Source of the DNA: an uncultured Bacteroidota bacterium
Lineage (GTDB): Bacteria > Bacteroidota > Bacteroidia > Bacteroidales > WCHB1-69
Direction: 5' to 3'
Assembly: GCA_902770735.1 (NCBI GenBank)
Contig: CACXUB010000001.1
Location: 4,687 to 68,686 of the forward strand
Length of the DNA stretch: 64,000 bases
Numbering within the stretch: position 1 is the stretch's first letter; each line of letters starts with the position of its first letter. The position numbers and the translations under genes were made by a program. The notes beneath the pieces are model-generated. The model was not told the DNA's origin. It worked only from the letters and a program-made list of their open reading frames with translations, and ran no database searches. Shown in pieces: positions 55,602 through 64,000 of this stretch.

Positions 55602-56249
55602 TCACTTCTCTCTATTCGGCCACACATTCCGCCAGCCATAGAAGAACCCCAGATGATACCGCGCGGCGAAATAATAGACCGCGTGGCGGAGTTTGCCCAA
55701 CGGCATGTAAAGGAACAGCAGGATGCTGCTTATATAATATAATATTGTAACAGACCCGCAACAGGTCGAGCAGCACAGGTAGAGCGTTGTCATCAGCTGG
55801 AAGAGGGTCACCAGTCCACAAGAGATGTAGTCATCCGGCATAGTGAAGGGCTTCAAATCCTTGGAAACCAGTCTTCTGACGAACAGTATGATGCCGCAGA
55901 TAGTGCCCAAAGCGGTGGGAATCGCTAAAAGCAGATGCCAATTGCAGCCGCTGCCGATCCAGTTGTTGAAGAAGGGGAAGAAGGAGAGCACGAAGAAGAG
56001 CAGGCAGCAGAAGGCGCCGACGTGGAACAGCATGCCCGTGGCGTAGGACGGGATGTGCAGGTAGGCCGACTCCTTCTGGTTGGGCATCATGGCTATGGTG
56101 TTGGCATAAACCACGCCCTCCTTCACACTACCGCTCGGCTCCGACTTGTCTTTCGGGGCACCCAAACGGATGACCTTGACCAAATGTGCCAATAAACTAA
56201 CAGCGCAATAAACTGCTGCAGCTATTGCGAGATATTGCATTATACTCAT
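55602..56249 (-). CDS. 5-TM membrane protein, NarI/DsrM-like (putative b-type cytochrome / quinol-interacting subunit)
   Basis: 215 aa with five predicted helices. His residues lie in TM segments (H21, H76, H105). The C-terminal motif MPLGKLRHAVYYFAARYH resembles the P..KL.H tail of nitrate-reductase-gamma-like proteins. Assigned by eye only. Confidence 0.45.
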   Translation of the reverse strand: MSIMQYLAIAAAVYCAVSLLAHLVKVIRLGAPKDKSEPSGSVKEGVVYANTIAMMPNQKESAYLHIPSYATGMLFHVGAFCCLLFFVLSFFPFFNNWIGSGCNWHLLLAIPTALGTICGIILFVRRLVSKDLKPFTMPDDYISCGLVTLFQLMTTLYLCCSTCCGSVTILYYISSILLFLYMPLGKLRHAVYYFAARYHLGFFYGWRNVWPNREK

Positions 56250-56253
56250 AATT

Positions 56254-56286
56254 GTAAGTTTAGAGTTTAAGGTTTAAGGTTTATAG
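56254..56286. repeat. Oligomer array (GTTTAAG/GTTTAGA)n downstream of dsrC
   Basis: gtaagtttagagtttaaggtttaaggtttatag. It shares the exact 16-mer agagtttaaggtttaa with 56722-56737. Confidence 0.9.
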
Positions 56287-56290
56287 ATTT

Positions 56291-56358
56291 CTGGCTGTTG
56301 GAGTTAACGAATCATTTGTAACCAAAAGCCAATAGCCAATGGCTAACAGCCAATAGCC
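56291..56358. repeat. GCTATTGGC-family block (inverted arrangement)
   Basis: ctggctgttgg ... aaaagccaatagccaatggctaacagccaatagcc, running up to the dsrC stop codon. Confidence 0.85.
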
Positions 56359-56675
56359 TACACGCAACCTTCAGGTTTCGGGAGACCGGCGACGCGGCAG
56401 GCGCCTCTCGCGGGACCGAGCGGGAACAGCTCGTAGATGTCCTTCAGTTTCAGATTGGCGGTCTTGCAGATGGTGCGGACCATCGGGGCGATGCCCTTTT
56501 CCTCGTAGTTGGCGCGGATGCAATCCACCACTTTCCAGTGATTCTCCGTCATCTCCGTGATACCATCGGCTTTGGCGATCTCCGCAGCCAGCTCCTTGTT
56601 CCATTCTTCGGGATGGATCATGAAGCCGTCTCCGTCCATCTCGTAGGTTTTGTTATTGAATTCGATATTTGCCAT
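56358..56675 (-). CDS. dsrC: DsrC/TusE-family protein with both C-terminal-arm cysteines (DsrC-type)
   Basis: 105 aa. It ends ...GACRVAGLPKPEGCV, with Cys93 and penultimate Cys104 spaced 11 apart as in dissimilatory DsrC. Confidence 0.82.
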   Translation of the reverse strand: MANIEFNNKTYEMDGDGFMIHPEEWNKELAAEIAKADGITEMTENHWKVVDCIRANYEEKGIAPMVRTICKTANLKLKDIYELFPLGPARGACRVAGLPKPEGCV

Positions 56676-56698
56676 AATGATGAAATTTTTTAGAGGCG

Positions 56699-56706
56699 CA
56701 AAGATA
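56699..56706 (-). promoter_or_regulatory. -7 promoter box (TATCTTTG on the minus strand) for dsrC
   Basis: Lies about 24 nt upstream of ATG 56675. Confidence 0.55.
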
Positions 56707-56715
56707 CATTTTTTT

Positions 56716-56750
56716 TAGTTCAGAGTTTAAGGTTTAAAGTTTAGAGTTAG
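56716..56750. repeat. Oligomer array (GTTTAAG/GTTTAGA)n upstream of dsrC, overlapping the rSAM stop codon
   Basis: tagttcagagtttaaggtttaaagtttagagttag. Direct orientation relative to 56254-56286. Confidence 0.9.
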
Positions 56751-58321
56751 GGGATATAGTAGTCTGTGCTTGGGGAAAGGGCTTTCGGGCAGTTGGGCGC
56801 GGGGTAGTCGTAGTTTTCGTCCCCGTAGGCGTCAACGGCTAACCGCCAGCAGTTTCCCAACCCTCGTCGGCATTTTTCGAATTCGTCGCAAGTTTTGCAT
56901 GGACTTTCGTCGCGGACCTCTTTTTGTGAGAAATTCCACCGCGTGAGCGCCCTTTTCGAGTCCCACATTTCCATGATCGACTGCCGTGTGAGGTCGCCGA
57001 GGATGAAGAACGGATGCCAGTACATCCGCTCACAGTAGGTCGCCTTGCCGTCGGGGAGCACGAAAAAACCGTGGACGTTGCCGGCGCATATCCGGCGGTT
57101 CGGGAAACCCTCCACCCGCTGCGCCACCGACAAGGGCTCTTCACACTCTGCGAAAGAGATTTCCGCCACGCTGTCCCGGTTCCGCTCCTCCGCGACGGCT
57201 CTCAACCGCGCCAACTGTGATCGGTTGCTGAAGTAGCTGTCGCTCGGCTTGAAACGGCTGAACTCGGCCGGCGTGAAACCGATGTGCGTGACGTTCCGGA
57301 AGGATGTCAGCACGTCTATCGTGTTGTTCAGCGATTGCTCGGTGTCGTTGTACCGGGTAATTACAGACCTCACGGCGACTTCGATGCCGGCCTCGTCCAA
57401 CAGCCGCAACCCGTCCAGCACCCTTTCGAGGTAACTGTTGTCCACGCGGAGCATCTGCTGCAGCTCGTCATTGTCCACGCTGTCGATAGATAGCTGTATA
57501 TTCTTGATATTCAGATATTTCAGTTCTTCAACTGTCTTTTCGGACAAGGGATATTTGGTGGAGATGAGCGGAACAAAGTCATAGTTTCGCATTTCGGCAA
57601 GCAGATTCTGCCAATGCGGGTAGAGAAAAAAATCGCCGCCGTCCACGTCCACGTTGGGCATTCCCAGCAGGTAAGCCTCTTTCAGCAGTTCCAAAAGACG
57701 GGGAAACGGAATGGGTTTCCGGATTACCGGTCTGTCGGCGTAGCAATAGATGCAGTCGGTCGCGCATGTGGTGTTGAGCATCAGGGTCATGCTGTTGGGC
57801 ACGCGCAGTCGGACTTCCGACAGGTCGAAGTGCTGGCGGGCGAAAGGGATGTCAATGTCCACAAGCATATATTCGCGGGTGAACCCAGCCGTGTTGGGAA
57901 TCAGGAAGTTTTTCGGAATCGGGCACCACTGGCCGTCGTCGGCCGGAATCATGATCGGTTCCTCGTTACAGATGCAGGGCTTCACGGTATCGATGAATTG
58001 GGTTTTGTCCATCCCATATTGACCGCAGAAGATCTCCGCCACCTCCTCCAGCGTATAGATTCCTTTAAAAGAGTCGAAAAGGACGGCCAGGTTGGGGTGA
58101 ATGCGCCAGACAAATCCTTCCGTGATGTCGTTCCGTTGCCGGGCGGCGCTGTAGCGCGCGGGGTTGTTGTTCGTGAGGACGACATTGTTCCAATCGCTTT
58201 TGAATTTGTAGGCCGGATTGACCACATACACCTGGTGAATGTCCATTTTCGATGCAAACAAATGTCTGCCGTCGGCGATTTTTTCATTTTCCCGCTTTAG
58301 GGGTTGTGTGTTCTTTTTCAT
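56747..58321 (-). CDS. Radical SAM / SPASM-domain enzyme with ~170-aa N-terminal extension (possible peptide/protein-recognition domain)
   Basis: CX3CX2C at residues 186-193 (CATDCIYC). C-terminal Cys cluster CAGNVHGFFVLPDGKATYC ... CKTCDEFEKCRRGLGNC. 524 aa. Confidence 0.85.
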   Translation of the reverse strand: MKKNTQPLKRENEKIADGRHLFASKMDIHQVYVVNPAYKFKSDWNNVVLTNNNPARYSAARQRNDITEGFVWRIHPNLAVLFDSFKGIYTLEEVAEIFCGQYGMDKTQFIDTVKPCICNEEPIMIPADDGQWCPIPKNFLIPNTAGFTREYMLVDIDIPFARQHFDLSEVRLRVPNSMTLMLNTTCATDCIYCYADRPVIRKPIPFPRLLELLKEAYLLGMPNVDVDGGDFFLYPHWQNLLAEMRNYDFVPLISTKYPLSEKTVEELKYLNIKNIQLSIDSVDNDELQQMLRVDNSYLERVLDGLRLLDEAGIEVAVRSVITRYNDTEQSLNNTIDVLTSFRNVTHIGFTPAEFSRFKPSDSYFSNRSQLARLRAVAEERNRDSVAEISFAECEEPLSVAQRVEGFPNRRICAGNVHGFFVLPDGKATYCERMYWHPFFILGDLTRQSIMEMWDSKRALTRWNFSQKEVRDESPCKTCDEFEKCRRGLGNCWRLAVDAYGDENYDYPAPNCPKALSPSTDYYIP

Positions 58322-58365
58322 TTTGCTTCTTTAGTTTTAGGTTAAATTTTGTTTGTTTGTCGTGG

Positions 58366-58373
58366 CAAAGATA
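58366..58373 (-). promoter_or_regulatory. -7 promoter box (TATCTTTG on the minus strand) for the rSAM gene
   Basis: Lies about 45 nt upstream of ATG 58321. Confidence 0.55.
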
Positions 58374-58625
58374 CAACACAGAAAAGCCTTTGTCAAGTGT
58401 TTTGGAATATTTTTTGTATTTACCTAAAAATCAAACTGATACAAGCCTTTTCGGGCTTTTTTCCGAAAATTTTTTAACAATTAATAGTAAATATTTTGAC
58501 ACACTTTCGCAAAATTTCGCGTGATTTAGTGAAAAACGGACATGATTCGGGAGCGTGTTCGGGGGCGTGTTTCGGCCAAAAAAATAATTAAAAAAAATGG
58601 GTGGCAGAGATATATGAAAAAAGTG

Positions 58626-58633
58626 TATCTTTG
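58626..58633 (+). promoter_or_regulatory. -7 promoter box (TATCTTTG) for rpsO
   Basis: Lies 50 nt upstream of ATG 58683. Confidence 0.55.
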
Positions 58634-58682
58634 CCGCCGATTTAAAAATAGGTAAAAAGATAAATTAAAAGCAGTTAGAAGT

Positions 58683-58952
58683 ATGTATTTGACAAACGAC
58701 GTTAAGAAAGAAATTTTCGCGAAATACGGCAAGAACGAGAAAGACACCGGATCTCCCGAGGCTCAAGTTGCCCTGTTTACGCACCGCATCAAACACCTGA
58801 CCGAGCATGTGAAGCAAAACCAAGGCGACCGCGTGACCAAACGCGCCCTCATCACCCTGGTCGGCAAGCGCAAAAAAATGCTCGAGTACCTCAAGCAACA
58901 AGACATCGAACGCTACAGAGCGTTGATCAAGGAATTAGGCTTAAGAAAATAA
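58683..58952 (+). CDS. rpsO: 30S ribosomal protein S15
   Basis: 89 aa. ...GSPEAQVALFTHRIKHLTEHVKQN... Confidence 0.95.
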   Translation: MYLTNDVKKEIFAKYGKNEKDTGSPEAQVALFTHRIKHLTEHVKQNQGDRVTKRALITLVGKRKKMLEYLKQQDIERYRALIKELGLRK

Positions 58953-58975
58953 TTTTTACAGGCGATTTCAGTATT

Positions 58976-59008
58976 CAAAAAGGCAATTTTGATGAAAATT
59001 GCCTTTTT
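58976..59008 (+). terminator. Intrinsic terminator/attenuator between rpsO and pnp
   Basis: aaaaaggcaatttt-gatg-aaaattgccttttt. Confidence 0.75.
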
Positions 59009-59055
59009 GAATATTTGTTATTGCCCAAACTCGTACAATCTAAAAAAACAGCATT

Positions 59056-61407
59056 ATGAATTTAGGAGTAAGAACAACATTCGATATCGGTGACGGTCGT
59101 ATGGTTACGATTGAAACCGGCAAATTGGCGAAGCAGGCCGACGGCGCCGCTGTCGTCACCATGGGCAACACCATGCTCCTCGCAACGGTGTGTTGCAAAA
59201 AAGAAGCTGTGGAAGGCACCGATTTCATGCCTCTGCAGGTTGAATATCAAGAAAAATACGGCGCTGTGGGTCGTTTCCCCGGCGGCTTCTTCAAACGCGA
59301 GGCCCGTCCCTCCGAGTATGAAATCCTCATCGCTCGTCTGGTGGACCGCGCCATCCGTCCGCTCTTCCCCAAGAACTTCCACGCTGAAACTCAGGTCGTT
59401 GTGACCCTGATTTCCGGCGACAAGAACTTCCTGCCCGATTGCCTTGCTTGTCTGGCCGCTTCTTCCGCCATCGCTGTCTCCAACATCCCCTTCGAGTGCC
59501 CGATTTCAGAGGTGCGCGTGGGCCGCGTGGATGGACAGCTCGTGGTGAACCCCACCGTCGAGGACATGGAACGCTCCGACATCGACATGATCGTGGCCGC
59601 CTCCATGGACAACATCATGATGGTGGAAGGCGAAATGAAGGAGATTTCCGAGGACGACATGGTCGCCGCTTTGAATTTCGCGAAGGAAGCCATCAAGGTG
59701 CAGTGCCAAGCCCAGCTTGACCTCGCCGCTCAGGTGCCCTCCGCCAACCCGAAACGCGAATACTGCCACGAGACCGACGACGAAGCCATCCGTGACCGCA
59801 TGAACAGCGAGCTCTACGACAAAGTCTATGCCGTCGCCAAGTCCTTCAAGGGCAAACAGGAGCGCAACGCCGACTTCGACCAGATCCTCGCCGACTTCAT
59901 CGAGACCATTCCCGAAGAGGAGCGCGACGAGAAGGCCGTCATGGTGAAACGCTACTACGACGAAATCCTCTGGCACGCCATGCGCAACATGATCCTCGAC
60001 GAGCGTATCCGTCTCGACGGCCGCCATACCGAGGACATCCGTCCCATCTGGATTGAGACCGGCTATCTGCCGTCCGCACATGGTTCCGCCATCTTCACCC
60101 GCGGCGAAACGCAGTCGCTGACCACCTGCACGCTCGGCACCAAGCTCGACGAGCAGATCATCGACGGCGCCGTGGTGGATGGTACCAGCCGTTTCCTGCT
60201 GCACTACAACTTCCCGCCCTACAGCGTGGGTGAGGTGAAACGTATCGGCAGCACCTCCCGTCGCGAGGTCGGTCACGGCAACTTGGCCAAACGCGCCCTC
60301 AAACCGATGATCCCGTTCGACGATCCGTCATTCCCCTATACTGTCCGTTTGGTTTCCGACATTCTCGAGTCCAACGGTAGTTCTTCTATGGCAACGGTTT
60401 GCGCCGGCACTCTCGCCCTGCTCGACTGCGGCGTGAAGATGAAAAAGCCCGTTTCCGGTATCGCCATGGGTTTGATCACCGACGAGGCCACCGGCCGTTA
60501 CGCCATCTTGTCCGATATCCTCGGCGATGAGGACCACCTCGGCGATATGGACTTTAAGGTCTGCGGTACCGAAGACGGTATCACCGCTTGTCAGATGGAT
60601 ATCAAGGTGAAGGGACTCTCCTCCGAAGTGATGGCCGAGGCTCTGGCCCAGGCACACCGTGGCAGAATGTTCATCTTGGGTAAGATCAAAGAGGCCATGC
60701 CGGCTCCGAGAGAGGACTATCGTCCGTTCGTGCCGCGCATCGTCCAAATGCAAATCCCGCGCGAATTCATCGGCGCCGTCATCGGACCTGGAGGCAAGAT
60801 CATCCAAGAGATGCAGCGTGAGACCAACACGGTTATTAATATTGAAGAGGTCGGCGAATTCGGTGTCATCGACATCGCAGCTGCCAATGTGGACGACATC
60901 AACGCCGCTGTGGAGCGCATCAAACTCATCACCACGGAACCCGAGGTGGGTGAAATTTACGAAGGCACGGTCAAGACCATCACTGAATTCGGTGCGTTTG
61001 TGGAATTCCTGCCCAACACCGACGGTCTGCTGCACGTGTCGGAGATCGCCTACCGTCGCATCGAGGACGTGAACGACGTCTTGAGCGTGGGCGACAAGAT
61101 CAAGGTGAAGCTCATCGAGATTGACGAGAAGACTGGCAAATACAGACTGTCGCACAAGGTTCTGCTCCCGAAGCCGGAAGGTTACGAGGAGGAGAGACCG
61201 CGCGGCAACGGCGGCCGTAACGGCAACCGCAACGGCGGCCGTGACAACCGCGGCGACCGCGGACCCCGCCTGGGCGGCGGCGACCGTGACCGCAACCGAA
61301 ACAACAACGGCGGCGGCAACCCCCGTCGCGGCAACAGCAACCAGCACGACGGCCAACGTCACCGTCAAGAACGCCGCGAATTGCCCGACTTCCCTGATAT
61401 GGACTAA
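59056..61407 (+). CDS. pnp: Polyribonucleotide nucleotidyltransferase (PNPase) with a ~70-aa R/G/N-rich C-terminal tail
   Basis: Two RNase PH domains, KH and S1 (..[20 protein letters not shown]..), then [47 protein letters not shown]... Confidence 0.95.
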   Translation: MNLGVRTTFDIGDGRMVTIETGKLAKQADGAAVVTMGNTMLLATVCCKKEAVEGTDFMPLQVEYQEKYGAVGRFPGGFFKREARPSEYEILIARLVDRAIRPLFPKNFHAETQVVVTLISGDKNFLPDCLACLAASSAIAVSNIPFECPISEVRVGRVDGQLVVNPTVEDMERSDIDMIVAASMDNIMMVEGEMKEISEDDMVAALNFAKEAIKVQCQAQLDLAAQVPSANPKREYCHETDDEAIRDRMNSELYDKVYAVAKSFKGKQERNADFDQILADFIETIPEEERDEKAVMVKRYYDEILWHAMRNMILDERIRLDGRHTEDIRPIWIETGYLPSAHGSAIFTRGETQSLTTCTLGTKLDEQIIDGAVVDGTSRFLLHYNFPPYSVGEVKRIGSTSRREVGHGNLAKRALKPMIPFDDPSFPYTVRLVSDILESNGSSSMATVCAGTLALLDCGVKMKKPVSGIAMGLITDEATGRYAILSDILGDEDHLGDMDFKVCGTEDGITACQMDIKVKGLSSEVMAEALAQAHRGRMFILGKIKEAMPAPREDYRPFVPRIVQMQIPREFIGAVIGPGGKIIQEMQRETNTVINIEEVGEFGVIDIAAANVDDINAAVERIKLITTEPEVGEIYEGTVKTITEFGAFVEFLPNTDGLLHVSEIAYRRIEDVNDVLSVGDKIKVKLIEIDEKTGKYRLSHKVLLPKPEGYEEERPRGNGGRNGNRNGGRDNRGDRGPRLGGGDRDRNRNNNGGGNPRRGNSNQHDGQRHRQERRELPDFPDMD

Positions 61408-61423
61408 GGATTAAATTATTATA

Positions 61424-61455
61424 AAGGTGCCGCAGGAGACTACGGCACCTTTTTT
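61424..61455 (+). terminator. Intrinsic terminator after pnp
   Basis: aaggtgccg ... cggcacctt + tttt. Confidence 0.8.
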
Positions 61456-61463
61456 GACATAAA

Positions 61464-61570
61464 CCAACAGCTATTAGCTGTTAGCCATTGGCTATTGGCC
61501 ATGATCTCACGATCGGAAAGCCGACAGCTGAAAGCTAATAGCTAAAAGCCAAAAGCTAATAGCCGAAACC
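61464..61570. repeat. GCTATTGGC / AGCTAATAGC-family oligomer blocks
   Basis: ccaacagctattagctgttagccattggctattggcc ... gccgacagctgaaagctaatagctaaaagccaaaagctaatagccgaaacc. Confidence 0.85.
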
Positions 61571-61571
61571 A

Positions 61572-62669
61572 ATGACAATCAAACAAGTAACCCAATTTTT
61601 AGAACAAAAATTCCCCTTGTATTTGCAGGAGGATTTCGATAACTGCGGGGTGCAGTGCGGCGACGTGCGACAGGAAATCACTGGCGCGATGGTTTGCTTC
61701 GAGATGTCCGAATTGGTGATTGAAGAAGCCATCCGGAACGACTGCAACCTCGTGATTTCGCACCATCCGCTGATGCTGAAGCGCGGCATCAACAAGATTG
61801 TGCCCACCGACAGGGTAGGGGCGATGATATGCAAAGCATTGGCGCACAACATGGTGCTTTACGCCATGCATACGAACATCGACAGTGGCGAAGGTGGCGG
61901 CAACGACGTTTTCGCGGAGAAACTCGGACTGAAGAATGTGAAGGTTTTGGAACCGCACAAAGGACTTTATCGCAAATTGGTGGTGTTTGTCCCCGCCGAC
62001 CATGCCGAAAAGCTCAAGTCCGCGCTGTTCGCCGTCGGGTGCGGAGTCCAGGGTCTGTACGACAGCTGCGCCTACACAACAGAGGGTTCCGGTCAGTTTC
62101 GTCCGCTCGAAGGTGCGCAACCCTATCTCGGCTTGAAGCATCGGTTGGAGCACGTGAAGGAGGAACGAATCGAAGTGATTTACCCGACTGGTTTGCAACG
62201 CGCTGTGGTTCAGGCGATTTACGACAACCATCCTTATGAAGAACCCGCCTTTGACCTGTTGCCGTTGGAAAACGAAAGCCGTAACATCGGACTTGGACGG
62301 ATCGGGGATCTGCCTGGTGGCATGTTCGGCTACGATTTCATGGATTTCCTGAAGCGGAAACTCGGGATTGAACATCTTCGTTACAGTGGTCAGAAAGATT
62401 GTTTTGTCCGGAAGGTGGCGGTCTGCGGCGGTGGCGGTGCCGGTTTCATCGACTTGGCCATTGCATCGGGTGCCGACGCCTACGTTTCCGGCGATTTCAA
62501 ATATCACGACTTTTTCAAGTCGCATTCCGGCACGCTGTTGGTGGACATTGGACATTACGAGGGAGAATTTTTCATAAAAAACATAATTTTCAATCTACTC
62601 AAAGAAAATTTTGTTAATTTTGCAACTTTGATTTCTAAAATGGAAAAAGTGGAAGTCAAATATTTTTAA
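61572..62669 (+). CDS. Nif3-like dinuclear metal centre protein (YbgI family)
   Basis: MTIKQVTQFLEQKFPLYLQEDFDNCGVQCGD... with an inserted PII-like domain. 365 aa. Confidence 0.85.
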   Translation: MTIKQVTQFLEQKFPLYLQEDFDNCGVQCGDVRQEITGAMVCFEMSELVIEEAIRNDCNLVISHHPLMLKRGINKIVPTDRVGAMICKALAHNMVLYAMHTNIDSGEGGGNDVFAEKLGLKNVKVLEPHKGLYRKLVVFVPADHAEKLKSALFAVGCGVQGLYDSCAYTTEGSGQFRPLEGAQPYLGLKHRLEHVKEERIEVIYPTGLQRAVVQAIYDNHPYEEPAFDLLPLENESRNIGLGRIGDLPGGMFGYDFMDFLKRKLGIEHLRYSGQKDCFVRKVAVCGGGGAGFIDLAIASGADAYVSGDFKYHDFFKSHSGTLLVDIGHYEGEFFIKNIIFNLLKENFVNFATLISKMEKVEVKYF

Positions 62670-62698
62670 CAAACTGATAATCAAATATTTAAGCAAAT

Positions 62699-63754
62699 AT
62701 GGCCAAGAAAAAAGTTGCCGACGAAGAGGTTGAAAGTGGCGCGAAAAAAGTGAAGGTGGTTCCCAAAATGAAGAAAATCACCCCGAAAAGAGTGAAAGTT
62801 CCTCAAGTTGAGGAAGTAAAAGAGGAAGAACCCGTTGAAGTGGTGGAACCCGTTGAAGTGGTGAAAGAAGAGCCGAAACCGAAACAGAAGGCGGCCAAGA
62901 AGCCCGTGGTGGAGACCATCATGCAGGATGACGAAGTGACGGTGGAGAAAACCTCCGACGGCGTGGTGGAAGTGAAGAAACACGAGACCAACCAAAGCAC
63001 CGCCGAGGAGTTGTCCATCGAGCAGAAGCTGCTGTCGCTCTACAACCTTCAGCAAATCTGCACGAAGATTGACGACATTCGGATGGTCCGCGGCGAGCTT
63101 CCCGAGGAAATCCGCGACAACGAGGACGAATGCGAAGGTTTGAAGACCCGTATCGCCAAGTTCACGGATGACATCAAGAACTTGAAACTGAAAATCGAAT
63201 CGGAAAACACCAACATTGAAGAGGCGAAGGCTTCCATCAAGAAATATGAGGATCAGCAGAATTCCGTGCGCAACAATCGTGAGTACGAGGCATTGAGCAA
63301 AGAGATCACGTTCCAGCAGTGCCAGATTCAGATTGCTGAGAAGCACAAGGAGAAACACGAAGCCGAGATTCTCGAGAAACAGGGTAAAATCGCCGAGACC
63401 AACGACCGCGTGAAGGAAATCCAGGAGATTCTGGAGCAGAAGAAGGCCGAGTTGGAAGTCATTGTCGCCGACACCCAAAAGGAGGAAGACGAACTGTTGG
63501 TCAAGGCCGAGGAGCTCCGCGCCAAGGTCGATGACCGTCTGCTCACCGCTTTCGAGCGCATCCGCAAAAACGCCCACAACGGTCTCGCCATCGTGAAAAT
63601 CGAGCGTGACGCGTGCGGCGGCTGCTTCAGCAAGATTCCCCCGCAACGCCAACTCGACATCTGCCTGCACAAGAAAATCATCGTGTGCGAGGCTTGCGGC
63701 CGTATCTTCATCGATGACAAGTTGGTGCGCGAACACGAAAACGATGCACAATAA
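62699..63754 (+). CDS. C4 zinc-ribbon coiled-coil protein (COG1579/DUF164-type) with K/E/V/P-rich N-terminal extension
   Basis: C-terminus ERDACGGCFSKIPPQ...IIVCEACGRIF. It is the conserved partner downstream of Nif3. Confidence 0.78.
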   Translation: MAKKKVADEEVESGAKKVKVVPKMKKITPKRVKVPQVEEVKEEEPVEVVEPVEVVKEEPKPKQKAAKKPVVETIMQDDEVTVEKTSDGVVEVKKHETNQSTAEELSIEQKLLSLYNLQQICTKIDDIRMVRGELPEEIRDNEDECEGLKTRIAKFTDDIKNLKLKIESENTNIEEAKASIKKYEDQQNSVRNNREYEALSKEITFQQCQIQIAEKHKEKHEAEILEKQGKIAETNDRVKEIQEILEQKKAELEVIVADTQKEEDELLVKAEELRAKVDDRLLTAFERIRKNAHNGLAIVKIERDACGGCFSKIPPQRQLDICLHKKIIVCEACGRIFIDDKLVREHENDAQ

Positions 63755-63840
63755 TTGACGAATTTAAACGTTATTTTGCAATTAGTGTCTAACACGCTGT
63801 TTTTGAACTTAATTATTCACCTAAATTAAAAAAAAGTATT

Positions 63841-64000
63841 ATGAAGAAAGTATTAAGCGTATTATGCATGGCCCTTCTGGCCGGAGGTATGATTTTCACC
63901 TCTTGTACGAAAAACTTTACCATTACGGTAAATTCCAACAACGATGCTTGGGGTACTGTGACGGGTACTGGCACCTATGCTGACGGTGCAACAGCCACTC
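63841..64000 (+). CDS. 5' end of a hypothetical lipoprotein (partial)
   Basis: MKKVLSVLCMALLAGGMIFTSCTKN... It runs off the window. Confidence 0.55.
   Translation, partial: MKKVLSVLCMALLAGGMIFTSCTKNFTITVNSNNDAWGTVTGTGTYADGATAT

Noticed and set aside
56358-56675. Considered annotating the DsrC-family protein as TusE (tRNA 2-thiouridine sulfur relay).
   Set aside because: Both arm cysteines are present, which is the DsrC pattern. No tusBCD or mnmA genes are nearby. The neighbours are a radical SAM enzyme and a membrane protein instead. TusE-like function cannot be fully excluded without the whole genome.
58443-58462. Small hairpin plus T-run (aagcc-ttttcg-ggctt-tttt) in the 360-nt divergent region between the rSAM gene and rpsO. 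It could be an orphan terminator or the end of an sRNA.
   Set aside because: The stem is only 5 bp. No convincing promoter lies upstream on the plus strand, and no conserved structure is recognisable. It is too weak to call without transcript data.

Overview
This is a chromosomal segment from a Bacteroidota (Bacteroidales-type) genome. The evidence for that placement: nearly every gene is preceded by a TAnnTTTG -7 promoter box 20-60 nt upstream of the ATG, two proteins carry T9SS C-terminal sorting domains, and the housekeeping gene set fits. I did not compute GC content. Housekeeping genes look GC-rich by eye, and a few segments look clearly AT-richer. The window is mostly core genes: galK, gcvP, an RND efflux operon, folA, rtcB, smpB, prfA, nrdJ, ackA, surE, grpE-dnaJ, lgt, tuf with flanking tRNAs, rmlD, rpsO and pnp. 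Three tRNAs are present (Asn-GTT, Trp-CCA, Thr-GGT). I saw no rRNA, no CRISPR array, and no transposase or integrase. The most interesting locus is a minus-strand trio at 55.6-58.4 kb. It encodes a radical-SAM/SPASM enzyme with a long N-terminal extension, a canonical two-cysteine DsrC-type protein, and a 5-TM NarI/DsrM-like membrane protein. No sulfite reductase or DsrK lies nearby. Other notable loci: a WYL regulator divergent from rtcB with a perfect palindrome between the two promoters; an exported VanX-like / LD-carboxypeptidase cassette bracketed by a duplicated pseudogene fragment; a HigB-like/XRE pair on an AT-rich islet; and WbpE/WbpD-like sugar enzymes fused into an operon with a T9SS type-B cargo next to tRNA-Trp. 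A pervasive feature not explained by genes is that most intergenic spacers are built from short (6-8 nt) oligomer arrays. These often form inverted or direct pairs that abut stop or start codons and sometimes flank single genes (rtcB, dsrC). All functional calls come from motif recognition by eye, not from database searches.
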